A stretch of DNA of 64,000 nucleotides. Origin: Bryobacterales bacterium. Its GTDB lineage: Bacteria; Acidobacteriota; Terriglobia; Bryobacterales; UBA6623. A model generated the notes under the pieces. The model saw only the letters and a list, made by a program, of their open reading frames with translations, was not told the DNA's origin and did no database searches. Made by a program: the position numbers and the translations under genes. This document shows, piece by piece, positions 28,175 to 37,424 of this stretch (its first letter is position 1; the number at the start of each line of letters is the position of its first letter). Where the stretch lies: positions 203,555 through 267,554 of the forward strand of contig CBDEGU010000011.1 of the NCBI GenBank assembly GCA_965238045.1. Reading direction: 5' to 3'.

Positions 28175-29650
28175 ATGACCTATCAACTCGTTGCTTCGGC
28201 GCCGGAACAGGCCAGCGCGGATGCGGTTGCGATTGTTCTCTTTGAGCAAAGTGAGGGCGCCGGGGCGCCTGGCGGCCGCTTCGACCATTTGACCGGCGGA
28301 TTGATCGCCGAGGTGTATGCGTCGAAAGAGTTCCGCGGCAAGTTTCTCAAGACCGCGCTGCTTCATCGTCCCGATGGATTTGAAGCAGGCCGGTTGCTGC
28401 TCGTCGGCGGCGGCAAGCTGGAGGAGTTTACCCTGGCGCGCTTGCGGCAAACGGCCGGTACGGCGGTGCGGCGGCTCAAAGCCGCCGGCGCACGGAGCAT
28501 CGTGCTTGTTCCAGTGGGCGAGTTTCCGGTCGGGGACCAAGTACAAGTCATGGCCGAAGGCGCCGGGGCGGCCACCTATGAGCCTGGCGCACACAAGACC
28601 GAGGACGAGGACACGACCGCCGTCGAGCAACTGTGGATTACCGCCGATCCGGCTCTGCGGGCGAGCCTCGACAAAGGGGCGGCCATCGCCGAAGCGCAGA
28701 ACTTCGCCCGTTTTCTGGTCAACGAACCTGGCAACCTCCTGACTCCAACGGTCTTGGCCCAGCGCGCCGTAGAGATGGCGACAGGGGCGGGACTCGAGGC
28801 CGAGGTTCTCGGCGAGGACGAGCTCGAGGCGTTGAAAATGGGGGCCCTGCTCGGTGTCGCGCAAGGCAGCGTGGAGCCGCCCGTGCTGATCGTGGTTCGC
28901 TACCGCCCCGAGAGTGAGCCGGAGTCGGACGTTCATCTGGGGCTGGTCGGAAAGGCCGTGACCTTTGACACCGGAGGCATTTCGATCAAACCTTCGCTGG
29001 ACATGGACAAGATGAAATATGACATGGCCGGAGGCGCGGCCATGCTCGGCGCCATGCAGGCGATTGCCGGTCTCAAGCCCGCCGTGCCCGTCACGGCCAT
29101 CATCCCCAGTGTTGAGAATATGCCCGGCGCCGCCGCCCAGCGCCCAGGCGATGTGGTCACGGCGATGTCGGGCAAGACCATCGAAGTTCTCAATACCGAC
29201 GCCGAAGGGCGGCTGATTCTCGCCGACGCCCTGACCTACGCCCAGAAGCAGGGCTGCACGCACCTGGTCGACGCGGCGACGCTGACCGGTTCCATCGTTG
29301 TGGCCCTGGGGCATGTTCGCGTGGGCGTGTTTTCGAACGACGACGCCTGGCAGCGGCAATTGCTCTCATCGGCGGCCACGGCGGGCGAGAAGATGTGGGC
29401 CATGCCGATGGACGAGGAATACAAGGAAGAGTTGAAAAGTCTGATCGCCGACTTGCCCAATATCGGCACGCGCTGGGGTGGATCGATCACCGCCGCGATC
29501 TTCCTGCAACAGTTCGCCGACCCAGCACCCTGGGTACATCTCGATATCGCCGGCACGGCCTGGATCGAGGAGGAGAAGCCCTATCTGCCCAAAGGCCCTA
29601 GCGGAGTCGCGGTTCGAACGCTCGCCGATCTGGCCATGAAACTGAGTTAG
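28175..29650 (+). CDS. pepA: leucyl aminopeptidase (M17)
   Basis: VGKAVTFDTGGISIKP, the MKYDMAGGAA block and the NTDAEGRLILADAL signature are present. Confidence 0.9.
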   Translation: MTYQLVASAPEQASADAVAIVLFEQSEGAGAPGGRFDHLTGGLIAEVYASKEFRGKFLKTALLHRPDGFEAGRLLLVGGGKLEEFTLARLRQTAGTAVRRLKAAGARSIVLVPVGEFPVGDQVQVMAEGAGAATYEPGAHKTEDEDTTAVEQLWITADPALRASLDKGAAIAEAQNFARFLVNEPGNLLTPTVLAQRAVEMATGAGLEAEVLGEDELEALKMGALLGVAQGSVEPPVLIVVRYRPESEPESDVHLGLVGKAVTFDTGGISIKPSLDMDKMKYDMAGGAAMLGAMQAIAGLKPAVPVTAIIPSVENMPGAAAQRPGDVVTAMSGKTIEVLNTDAEGRLILADALTYAQKQGCTHLVDAATLTGSIVVALGHVRVGVFSNDDAWQRQLLSSAATAGEKMWAMPMDEEYKEELKSLIADLPNIGTRWGGSITAAIFLQQFADPAPWVHLDIAGTAWIEEEKPYLPKGPSGVAVRTLADLAMKLS

Positions 29651-29675
29651 ATCGAGCCAGCGGTGAGACGGAGGG

Positions 29676-31316
29676 TCAACTTGGCGGCAAGGCCATGAGA
29701 TACGCGACGATGGCTTCCATTTCACCGGGCGGGAAGTCGTAGGGTGGCATCAAGCTGCCGGGGGAAAGCTTTTGCGGATCCCGGAAATGCTCGACCAGCC
29801 ACTCCTTCGTTCTTTGCCGGCCCACGCCGTTGAGCGGCGGGCCGTTCTCGCCGCCCATTCCGTTGATCGTATGGCAAGTGCCGCACATGTTCATCTGATA
29901 AATCATGGCGCCTTGCATGGCGAAATCGGGCACTTTCTCAAGCGCCAGAGCGTTTTCTGGAGTCACCTTCAGCAAGAAGGCCGACAGGCAGTTCAACTCA
30001 ACTTCCGAGACATTCACCGGCGGCATCGGACTGCCCGGAACCACGGCCGAGGGATTGCGGAAGTGGGCGATCATCCAGTCGGCGGTCCTTCGTGACCCGA
30101 CGGTCGCTAGCGTGGGACCCATTTTCGGTTCGCCCCCGGCGAGGTTGTGGCAGGTCTGGCAGTTTTCGCGGCGGTAGCAGGCGGCTCCAGCTAGCTCGAC
30201 CGGCGTGAGTTGGGGCCAGCCCGCCGCGGCTGAGAGAGGGGATGTCTGTGCAGGTTGCTCTGGTGTTGTGACGATCGCGGCAACTGTGAGAGCCGTCCAA
30301 CCCACGGCCGCCAGGGCGACGATGCTCAAGGCGAAGGTTCGCTGTCCGATTCTCTTGGCCTGGCCACGGTCGAGGAAAGGCACCAGGAACAGCGCCACGA
30401 TGGCTAGCGTGGGCAGGACGATCGCCCCAACCACCTCCATCGAGCCTTCGAAAACCTTCAGGGTTTGGAACAGAAAGAGAAAGTACCACTCGGGACGGGG
30501 AATATAAGTTGTGTCGGTCGGGTCGGCCACCCTTTCCAGGGGCGTGCCGGCGGCGACGGCTAATACAAAGAGGATGACGAAGGCCGAGAAGACGGCCATG
30601 GTGTCTTTGAATGCCTGCTCCGGAAAAAATCTCTTCTTCGGCTTGGCGATGTCGCCGGGAGTCGGCGCGACCCCGTGGCGCAGAACTAAATACACGTGCA
30701 GCACGATGAGCAGAATCATCAGCGCGGGCAGCACCAACACGTGCAGCGCGTAGAAGCGTGAAAAGGTGGACACGCCCACCACGCCGTCCGGGCTCCCTAG
30801 CAGCCGCATCACGAACTCTCCCGCACCCGGGGCGAGGAAAGAGATCTGGATCGTGACGACGGTCGACCAGTAGGCCCGGCTGTCTCCCGGCAGCAGATAG
30901 CCGGTCAGGCCGAAGCCGAGCACGAGCAGAAACAGCACGACGCCGACGATCCAGGTCGCCTCGCGAGGTTTCTTATAGGCTCCCCAAAGAGCCACCTGTA
31001 TCATGTGCAGGACGACTACGACGACCATGGCGCTGGCGCCCCAGTGGTGCAGTCCGCGGAGAATGCGTCCGCCGGTCAGCTCGTTGATAATGTACTGCAA
31101 ACTGAAATAAGAAGAGCCTGGCTGGGGCACGTAGTGGAAGGCCAGCAAGATGCCTGTAAAACCCTGAAGCATGAAAAGGAAAAGCGCGACGCTTCCAAAG
31201 ACCTGACGCCAGCCGCTGGACGCCGGGATGTCTTCGTCGAGGAAGCGTTTGACGGCCGTTAGCAGTCCCGTTCGGTCGTCGATCCAGCCGGCGGCAGCGC
31301 CGATGAGGGCGGTCAT
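29676..31316 (-). CDS. cytochrome b fused to a C-terminal diheme c-type cytochrome (bc-complex subunit)
   Basis: I prefer ATG 31316, which overlaps the Rieske stop (ATGA). The cytochrome b blocks are LRGLHHWGASAMVVVVVLHM and TGYLLPGD. Two CxxCH motifs (CQTCH, CGTCH) lie in the C-terminal ~170 aa. Confidence 0.85.
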   Translation of the reverse strand: MTALIGAAAGWIDDRTGLLTAVKRFLDEDIPASSGWRQVFGSVALFLFMLQGFTGILLAFHYVPQPGSSYFSLQYIINELTGGRILRGLHHWGASAMVVVVVLHMIQVALWGAYKKPREATWIVGVVLFLLVLGFGLTGYLLPGDSRAYWSTVVTIQISFLAPGAGEFVMRLLGSPDGVVGVSTFSRFYALHVLVLPALMILLIVLHVYLVLRHGVAPTPGDIAKPKKRFFPEQAFKDTMAVFSAFVILFVLAVAAGTPLERVADPTDTTYIPRPEWYFLFLFQTLKVFEGSMEVVGAIVLPTLAIVALFLVPFLDRGQAKRIGQRTFALSIVALAAVGWTALTVAAIVTTPEQPAQTSPLSAAAGWPQLTPVELAGAACYRRENCQTCHNLAGGEPKMGPTLATVGSRRTADWMIAHFRNPSAVVPGSPMPPVNVSEVELNCLSAFLLKVTPENALALEKVPDFAMQGAMIYQMNMCGTCHTINGMGGENGPPLNGVGRQRTKEWLVEHFRDPQKLSPGSLMPPYDFPPGEMEAIVAYLMALPPS

Positions 31317-31825
31317 GCGCTGGTCTTCTCCGAAGATGCCGGGGAGGGAGAAACGCGGCCAAGCCAAAGCCGCGTGCCCTCGATCCGCGTTTCAAAGCGA
31401 TCGAGCGGCCGGGGCGCGGGGCCGGTCAAGACATCTCCGCTGGCGGCGAAAGTCGAAGCGTGGCAAGGGCACAGGAAGTTGTTGTTCTTCTCGTCCCAGT
31501 GGTAGCCGCAGCCGAGATGGGTGCAGTGCGGCGCGAAGGCGACGACTTCTCCGTCACTGGATTTCACCACCCAGGCACTGGTTTTTTCGATGATGGTCTT
31601 CCAGCCGTCGGTGCGTTTTTTTCTAAACACCATCTCGGCGGGCTCGTTGGCCGGCAGCGATCTAATGTCGCCGGCCTCGGCCCAGCCGCTGCTGGCTTTG
31701 CTTTGAAAAGGAGAAAAGAGATAGGCGACGGCCGGCAGTGCCAGCGCCGCTGAAATCAATGATGCGGCCGAGCCGATCACGATTTGCTGAAAATTCCTGC
31801 GAGTGCTTCCGATGGGTTCGCCCAT
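31313..31825 (-). CDS. Rieske [2Fe-2S] subunit with Tat-type signal/anchor
   Basis: CTHLGCGY...CPCHASTF gives the Rieske boxes. The N-terminus is RRNFQQIVIGSAASLISAALALPAVA. Confidence 0.9.
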   Translation of the reverse strand: MGEPIGSTRRNFQQIVIGSAASLISAALALPAVAYLFSPFQSKASSGWAEAGDIRSLPANEPAEMVFRKKRTDGWKTIIEKTSAWVVKSSDGEVVAFAPHCTHLGCGYHWDEKNNNFLCPCHASTFAASGDVLTGPAPRPLDRFETRIEGTRLWLGRVSPSPASSEKTSA

Positions 31826-32061
31826 GCTGCGGTCCCCTTGCCGACCTACCGGATAGATCGCCGGACGAGCCGGAAAAGTTACGCCGCCGCAAGCTCGGAG
31901 TCCGGATACGGCGCGAGGAGGCGGGACTCGTCTCGCGCGGCCAGGGCGAAACGTTAACAGAGGTTAACCGGCTTGCTCGTGACTTTCTGTTGCGAGTGCG
32001 CGAATGAATCCATTGAAGGGCCTTCGGCCCGGTTTTTCCGAGTTCCAAGGAGGAATTAACG

Positions 32062-32415
32062 ATGAAGCGACTTGCACTGAGTTTGTTTGCGGCGTTGATG
32101 TTCGTGGCGCTGCCGGTGGCGGCGGAAACGGTCGACGGCTATCTGGTCGACAAGATGTGCTCGGCGAAGATAGTCGAGAAAGGCGGCGGCGCCGCGAAGA
32201 TGCACACGAAGATGTGTGCCCTGATGCCGAACTGCAAGGCCAGCGGTTTTGGAGTCGTCACGGCGGACGGAAAGTTTCTCAAGTTCGACGCCAGCGGCGA
32301 CAAGAAGGCCACCGCCGCGCTTGACGGAACCGACAAGAAAGACAACATCACGGTCAGCGTGGACGGGAAAGTCGACGGCAGTTCGATTGCGGTCACAAGC
32401 CTCAAGATCACCTGA
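32062..32415 (+). CDS. small secreted Cys-containing protein, unknown function
   Basis: GGAGG is upstream. The signal peptide is MKRLALSLFAALMFVALPVAA. The mature part has three Cys (DKMCSAK, TKMCALMPNC). Confidence 0.6.
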   Translation: MKRLALSLFAALMFVALPVAAETVDGYLVDKMCSAKIVEKGGGAAKMHTKMCALMPNCKASGFGVVTADGKFLKFDASGDKKATAALDGTDKKDNITVSVDGKVDGSSIAVTSLKIT

Positions 32416-32797
32416 CGATTCACTATTCTCCTCTCCGGGGAACAGCTACCCCACCGATCCTGAGTGGCTGGGGCGGGACGCAACGAGTGTCCCGCTCCGG
32501 TCCTTCGTCTCACGTTCTCCCCGACCATTTCGCACGGCATGGGCCGGGACTCCTCATTTATGTTTCAGTGAGGGTGGGGAGGACTGTTTCGATTTGGTGA
32601 CGGCGCGACACTGGCGTCACACCTCCGGCGGCGCGGGCGCGGATCAATGCTTTGCATACCGCTTTGCATACCAGAACCGCTCTCGCCCGATCGCCGGGCG
32701 AACATCCGGCTCCCGTCGGCGGAGGCAGGCCGGCTACAGAACGTCGTCCGGCTGCCCGCGGCCGTCGTACCTCGGTGGAACGATGCTATTTGACCGT

Positions 32798-33028
32798 CTA
32801 GGCAGCAGCCTCGACGAGCAACTCCTTCACGCTGGTGAAGATTTTTTCAATCCCTTCGTTGATATCGGGCAGGGCAGCGCCGACGATAACAGCCACGAAT
32901 CCAGCCAGCAGGGCGTACTCGATGAGGTCCTGGGCGTCTTCGCCGACTAGAAGACGGCGCCAAAGAAGCGAGCATCGTTCCGTAGCAGATGACCACCGGA
33001 ACTGTGTCATGGAACGAAGTATAGACAT
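32798..33028 (-). CDS. flp: Flp/Fap family type IVb pilin
   Basis: ...VGEDAQDLIEYALLAGFVAVIVGAALP contains the Flp motif (xxxxEY followed by a hydrophobic helix). GGAGG is 3 nt upstream of ATG 33028. An alternative start is ATG 33010. Confidence 0.8.
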   Translation of the reverse strand: MSILRSMTQFRWSSATERCSLLWRRLLVGEDAQDLIEYALLAGFVAVIVGAALPDINEGIEKIFTSVKELLVEAAA

Positions 33029-33046
33029 AAGCCTCCGATATTCCCC

Positions 33047-33075
33047 ATCATTCCCTAGATACCTGTCTTGCTCAA
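33047..33075 (-). promoter_or_regulatory. weak candidate promoter for flp
   Basis: On the minus strand: TTGAGC (33075-33070), a 17-nt spacer, then AATGAT (33052-33047), about 18 nt upstream of the start. Confidence 0.25.
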
Positions 33076-33085
33076 TAGTACATAA

Positions 33086-33098
33086 GAACTATCAGTTC
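33086..33098. promoter_or_regulatory. 13-bp perfect palindrome GAACTATCAGTTC upstream of flp
   Basis: GAACT-ATC-AGTTC is about 60 bp upstream of the flp start, in an AT-rich spacer. A related GAACTCGAT occurs upstream of the tad operon (43173-43181). Confidence 0.3.
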
Positions 33099-33162
33099 TA
33101 GGGTGAACATCTTGGCGAGCAGGGTCGGCCCCAAAACTTCCCCGGATACGTGCCGCGGGCGG

Positions 33163-34524
33163 TTACGGCTGGCTGACCGGGCGGTTGGGATTGACAAAGA
33201 TCCAGGAGATGGCGGCGGCCAAATAGATCGCGCTGACCAGATAGAATACTTGGTTCCAGTTGCCGCCTGTTTTCTCGATGTTGTCGATCATATGGCCCAC
33301 GATGATCGGAAGCTAAAAACCGCCGACCGTGCCCGCCATGTTCATGATCGCCATCAGAAACGCCGTGTAGCGGCCGGCGATATCCATCGTGGCCACCCAG
33401 CCGGCGGGCCCGCCCAGACCGGAAAAGAAGGCGCCAAGGGCCATCGCGGCGACGAGAAGATTGGCCGATGTGCTCCAAGCCGCGACGATGCAAAGCAGAC
33501 TGGACAAACCCAGAGCGGTAATCGCCACACCGCAGCGGCTGATGCGCTTGCTGCCGGTGCGGGTGAGGAGAAAATCGATCAGCCAGCCTCCCAACAGCGA
33601 GCCGGCTACGACCCCAATCAAAGGCGAAGTCGAGAGCAGACCAGCTTCTTGGCGCGTCACGCCATAGCCCTTTTCGAGGATTGCCGGGAACCAGGTGACG
33701 AATAGCTGATATCCAGCGGCGCGGAATGCCGCTTGGACACAAATGGCCCAGAGAGAAAGCGAGCGTATTGAATCGGTGATCAAGCGCGCCGAGATCGGCT
33801 CGCCGGCCGACTCGCTTTCTCGAGGCGGGGCCCCGCCAGGCGCGTTATCGGGCAAAGGGTCATAGTCACCTCGGATGAGGGCAAGCTCGGCCGCGTTCAC
33901 CCTCCGGTGCTGATCGGGAGTGGTCCGAAAGCCCACGCAAAACGCAACAGCCCACACCGCGCTGACACCGGCGAAAATGATGAACGTCATTCTCCAGGAA
34001 TACGACTCCAGCATCAGCGCGGTCAGAGCCACGGTTACAGCGCCGCCGACCGACATAGCCGAGGCGTTCGCGCCGCTGGCAAAGCCCCGCTCCTGGACCG
34101 GAAACCAGTCCTTGACGGCCTTGGCGGAGTTGGGAACCAGCCCCGCTTGCATCCCTCCGAAAAGGAAACGTGCGACCAGCAGCGCGGTGTAGGAGGAAAC
34201 CGAAGCGAACCAGACCGTGCAGAGCGACCAGGCGGCGCAGAGGGTCGCGAGGGAGAAACGCGTGCCGAAACGGATGCCCAGCCAGCCGGTAGGAACCTGA
34301 AACACAAAGTAGCCCAACGAAAAGATGCCGAGGATAAGTCCCATCTGCTCGCTGGTCAGACCGGCTTCCGCCTGGATCGTTGTCACGGCGGGAGCGATGG
34401 CGTGCCGGGTCAGGTAGGCCGTGGCGGAAGCTGACGCGATCAAGACCATGACCACCTGGCGGAACTTCGTCGGGTGTTCGGCGCTGGGGGCTGCCGTTGG
34501 TGAGGACATTTGCCAGGACGACAC
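33163..34524 (-). pseudogene. MFS transporter (anion:cation symporter-like) interrupted by an in-frame TAG
   Basis: The 403-aa ORF ends ...NMAGTVGGF at TAG 33313-33315. The same frame then continues LPIIVGHMIDNIEKTGGNWNQVFYLVSAIYLAAAISWIFVNPNRPVSQP to TAA 33163-33165. This restores a normal-length 453-aa 12-TM protein. Confidence 0.7.
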
Positions 34525-34817
34525 AGCTTCGCTATTCGACAGGCGAGAGCGGCGAGGCGGAAACGAACGACTCGCCGATCGCGAACCGCCGATGACGCTT
34601 CGCGATCGGCGACGACAATTTTAGCACTCCAACTTGGCGGGCTGCCGCCAGAGGTGCGGGACATTCCGTGTCGAACCTGCCGATGAGGGCGCAAACCCGC
34701 GGCATGACGCCAGGAACCTTCCAGAGATGAAGCGGGGCCTCGCGACGCCGCGCGCGATGAGCCGGGGCCGATGGCGGCGTCCCGAGCCGCCCGGCGGGCT
34801 TGCTACACTGACTCGCG

Positions 34818-35594
34818 ATGGCGGAAATTTCATCGTTGTTCGACCTTTCCGGCAAGGCCGCGATTGTCACCGGAGGCTCTCGGGGACTGGGCGCCGAAAT
34901 CGCCGAGGGGCTCGCCGAAGCCGGCGCGGCTGTGTTTCTGCTGGCACGGCGCGACCGGTGGCTCGGCCCGACGGTTGAGGCGATGAAGTCACGCGGGTTT
35001 CGCTGTGAGGGAGCGATATGTGATGTCAGTGAAAAAGATCAGGTCGAGGACGCGGTTGGCAAGGCTATGGAAGCGTTCGGGGCTGTTGACATCCTCGTCA
35101 ACAACGCCGGAATTACCTGGGGCGCCGAGCCCGAGAAGATGCCTCTCGATCGCTGGCGGGCGGTGCTAGACGTCAACTTGACGGGGGCCTTTCTGTGCGC
35201 GCAAACCGTGGGGCGCGCGATGATCCAGCGGCGGGCGGGCAACATCATTAATGTCGCCTCGATCGCCGGGCTGACCGGGACCGGGACGCTAGGAAACAGC
35301 ATCGCCGGTTACGCCGCCTCGAAGGCGGGCCTGCTGGGCATGACCCGGGAACTGGCCTCGAGATGGGGCCGGCTGGGAATACGCGTCAACGCCCTGGCCC
35401 CGGGTTACTTCCCGACCAGAATGACCGAGACGATTCTCGAAGAGGTCGAGCAGGCCTATCGCGAAACGGCCCCGCTGGGCCGGGCCGGCCGGCCCGGCGA
35501 ATTGAAAGGCGCGGCGGTGTTCCTGGCCTCGGACGCGTCGAGCTACGTAACAGGCCAGACGATCATCGTGGATGGAGGAGCGACGATCGTCTGA
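34818..35594 (+). CDS. SDR family oxidoreductase
   Basis: TGGSRGLG (TGxxxGxG), NNAG and YAASKAG (YxxxK) are present. Confidence 0.85.
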   Translation: MAEISSLFDLSGKAAIVTGGSRGLGAEIAEGLAEAGAAVFLLARRDRWLGPTVEAMKSRGFRCEGAICDVSEKDQVEDAVGKAMEAFGAVDILVNNAGITWGAEPEKMPLDRWRAVLDVNLTGAFLCAQTVGRAMIQRRAGNIINVASIAGLTGTGTLGNSIAGYAASKAGLLGMTRELASRWGRLGIRVNALAPGYFPTRMTETILEEVEQAYRETAPLGRAGRPGELKGAAVFLASDASSYVTGQTIIVDGGATIV

Positions 35595-35609
35595 GCATGC
35601 ATCCGGGGC

Positions 35610-36326
35610 TCAGGTTGGCGTGCTGCCGCGGGACACCGCGAGGCTGGGATGGGCGGCCTTCCGAAAGACGCCTACAATCGATGCTCCAAAGTGACGGCCC
35701 AAGCCGGTTGTCCGCATGAAATCGTAGTATCCGCGGAAAAGCAAACGCCCCGCCGCAAAGCGGTCCGCGTAGGTGCACGGACTAAACTCGCGGGTTTGGA
35801 GATGTTCCACCGACAGGCTGCCTTGCCGGCCCATGCTGGCGAGCAGCGAGCGCCGATTCAAGCGATAGAACGTCGGGAAGATATCGTTTTCGTCCACTCC
35901 CATGGTGCGCTTCAGAATGGCTCGCTTGACCGCAACCGGGAGAACATGCGAGGTCAGGATGGCTGGATGCCATAAATTGGGTGTTAAGAAGACGAATCGC
36001 CCGCCCGGTTTGAGCACTCGTGTGATGTTGCGGAAGAATTCCGCGGGCGCCGGCACATGCTCCATGACATAACGGGCCAACACCAAATCCGCCGATTCGT
36101 TTTCGACCGGCCATCTTGACTCGCCGGTCAGCGGCACGAACCGGCTCAGGTGCGGGTTCGCGCGAGATGCGGGCGAGGGGTCAAGGCCAATCAGCGAAAT
36201 GCGCGGGTACTCGTCCCAAGGAAATGGCGCTATGTCGCCAGTACCGCAACCGATTTCGAGAATCGTCATGCTGGGGCGCAAGTACTTGGTGATGAGGCTG
36301 TGATATGTCTGCCAGTCGTTGAGCAC
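35610..36326 (-). CDS. class I SAM-dependent methyltransferase
   Basis: Motif I is ILEIGCGTGD, with LKPGGRFVF downstream. Confidence 0.8.
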   Translation of the reverse strand: MLNDWQTYHSLITKYLRPSMTILEIGCGTGDIAPFPWDEYPRISLIGLDPSPASRANPHLSRFVPLTGESRWPVENESADLVLARYVMEHVPAPAEFFRNITRVLKPGGRFVFLTPNLWHPAILTSHVLPVAVKRAILKRTMGVDENDIFPTFYRLNRRSLLASMGRQGSLSVEHLQTREFSPCTYADRFAAGRLLFRGYYDFMRTTGLGRHFGASIVGVFRKAAHPSLAVSRGSTPT

Positions 36327-36708
36327 GCGGCTGATCCGATGGCCCGGCGAGAGCGCGGGGAACGGCCCTTCCTGATGCCTGTCTGGTTAGAGTTTCGGAC
36401 GAACGCGTGCTTTCCTTTATGGGGAAACCGGCGCCGCGGCGCCGGCTCGATCGTGCCACCAAGGGCTTGGCGCCCGTTCGTCAGCGTGAGCGCCGCCGCG
36501 CGCCTCGTACTGACGGGCGTCTCACGCGCTTCGCTTCGCCATGTGGCGAGAAAAACGGGTTAAGGGGTTTTAGTGGTGGAGATAAGGTTGACCGGTGATT
36601 GCCGGCCTTCGGGCTCAGTGCGATAGTACCTGAGTAGGCGGGAATGACTACATTCTGGACTGTGAGCAGACCACCGTCTCGCGCCCCCCTGCAGATTGCC
36701 GGAGTTCT

Positions 36709-37392
36709 TTGAAAGTTATGATTCAGGTGCTTGTTTGTGAGACGCAGCCGATTGTCGTTGAAGGTTTGAAAAAAAGTCTCGATGACAGCGAGGACTTGCA
36801 GTTCGCAGGGCATGTGAGTGATTCGGCGGACCTGGTGGCTCGGGTCCTGCAAGCATCCCCGAGAATTTGCCTGCTTGACAAGGCCCTCGGCACCTCCACG
36901 GTGTTTCACCTGATTTCCGATCTGAAAGCGCGGGCGCCAGAGACTGAGCCCGTACTCTGGGGGGCGGAAATTTCCGAAGTGGAGTCGTTTCGCGCGCTAC
37001 AGGTGGGCGCCCGGGGAATCCTGAAAAAGACCCTTCCCGTCCCGGCGATTCTGGACTGCATTCGGACAGTGGCCAATGGGAATATTTGGATAGAAAGTTC
37101 GATCTCGAATCAGTTTGTCGGTTTCATCAATCGCCGTACGACTCCTCGCCTGACCCCGCGGGAAGACGAGATCCTCAATCTTGTCATGAGAGGCATGAAG
37201 AACAAGCAAATCGCTGATGCTCTCAGTATTACGACGGGAACCGTAAAGGTTCATTTGATGCATATCTTTGAGAAAACAGGCGTCAGGGACCGCTTTGAGC
37301 TGGCGATGTACGGCCGCAAGCTGCGAGGCTATTCCGACGAAGTGTCAGGCGAACTGGCGGCGGCCCGCGGGATGTCGGGAGGCAGGCTGTAG
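36709..37392 (+). CDS. LuxR/NarL-type response regulator with degenerate receiver domain
   Basis: The C-terminal HTH is LTPREDEILNLVMRGMKNKQIADALSITTGTVKVHLMHIF. The receiver has VLVCETQP where DD is usual, and it lacks the conserved T/S. The start is TTG 36709 or ATG 36718. Confidence 0.75.
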   Translation: MKVMIQVLVCETQPIVVEGLKKSLDDSEDLQFAGHVSDSADLVARVLQASPRICLLDKALGTSTVFHLISDLKARAPETEPVLWGAEISEVESFRALQVGARGILKKTLPVPAILDCIRTVANGNIWIESSISNQFVGFINRRTTPRLTPREDEILNLVMRGMKNKQIADALSITTGTVKVHLMHIFEKTGVRDRFELAMYGRKLRGYSDEVSGELAAARGMSGGRL

Positions 37393-37424
37393 GGTGGCTT
37401 CTCGCCGCGGCGAGCCTTGGACGC

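Noticed and set aside
26834-29359. An 841-aa minus-strand ORF, the largest unexplained ORF in the track.
   Set aside because: It runs antisense to two confident genes (the GH20-like protein and pepA). It is Arg/Gly/His/Pro-rich with no recognisable motif. This is a typical shadow ORF of high-GC DNA.
32649-32672. A 12-bp tandem duplication GCTTTGCATACC x2, downstream of flp.
   Set aside because: There are only two copies and no associated structure or gene. It is probably a trivial slippage duplication.
19808-33315. Genome-wide reassignment of TAG (for example pyrrolysine or another sense reading) as the explanation for the two in-frame TAG codons.
   Set aside because: TAG terminates at least six well-supported genes in this window at positions consistent with homolog lengths. 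No pyl genes or suppressor tRNA are visible here.
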